A stretch of 64,000 bases of DNA from Chrysomallon squamiferum. Its lineage: Eukaryota; Animalia; Mollusca. The translations under genes and the position numbers were made by a program. The notes beneath the pieces were generated by a model, which had not been told where the DNA came from, did not search any database, and worked only from the letters and a program-made list of their open reading frames with translations. The stretch covers positions 3,348,001 to 3,412,000 of the forward strand of contig CM022678.1 in assembly GCA_012295275.1 (NCBI GenBank), read 5' to 3'. Each line of letters starts with the position of its first letter. Position 1 is the stretch's first letter. Positions 1 to 64,000 of the stretch are shown here, piece by piece.

Positions 1-64000
<64,000 letters not shown>

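Overview
AT-rich, microsatellite-laden eukaryotic DNA; it looks like an invertebrate metazoan, possibly a mollusc, but that is inference. The whole 64 kb is the interior of one giant minus-strand gene with both ends outside the window. I traced 79 exons by hand using GT/GC-AG sites and phase continuity, giving about 24.5 kb of CDS (about 8,150 aa). The protein is a tandem array of about 19 glycine-rich/beta-strand super-repeats of roughly 350-420 aa (motifs GGxHGGxGG...YG...P...GSGGG...GGGxI, GGGSGGSIxI, GGGGGGRIA, GTVY...LIxDN, FDELQIxGxAHL, GDRSGxxHIG). Some repeats carry inserted modules: two discoidin/F5-8C-like domains and one furin-like Cys/Trp-rich exon. The array is followed by EGF/laminin-EGF-like Cys repeats and a small domain resembling an uncharacterised bacterial beta-sandwich module. 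Three single-base frameshifts in short homopolymers interrupt the frame, a 200-N gap probably hides exon(s), and one intron is GC-AG. Introns hold a TA-flanked Tc1/mariner-type MITE, a Tigger/pogo relic, hAT-like relics, minisatellites and repeated decayed duplications of exon-intron junctions. Most short ORFs in the supplied track are microsatellite or antisense artefacts.
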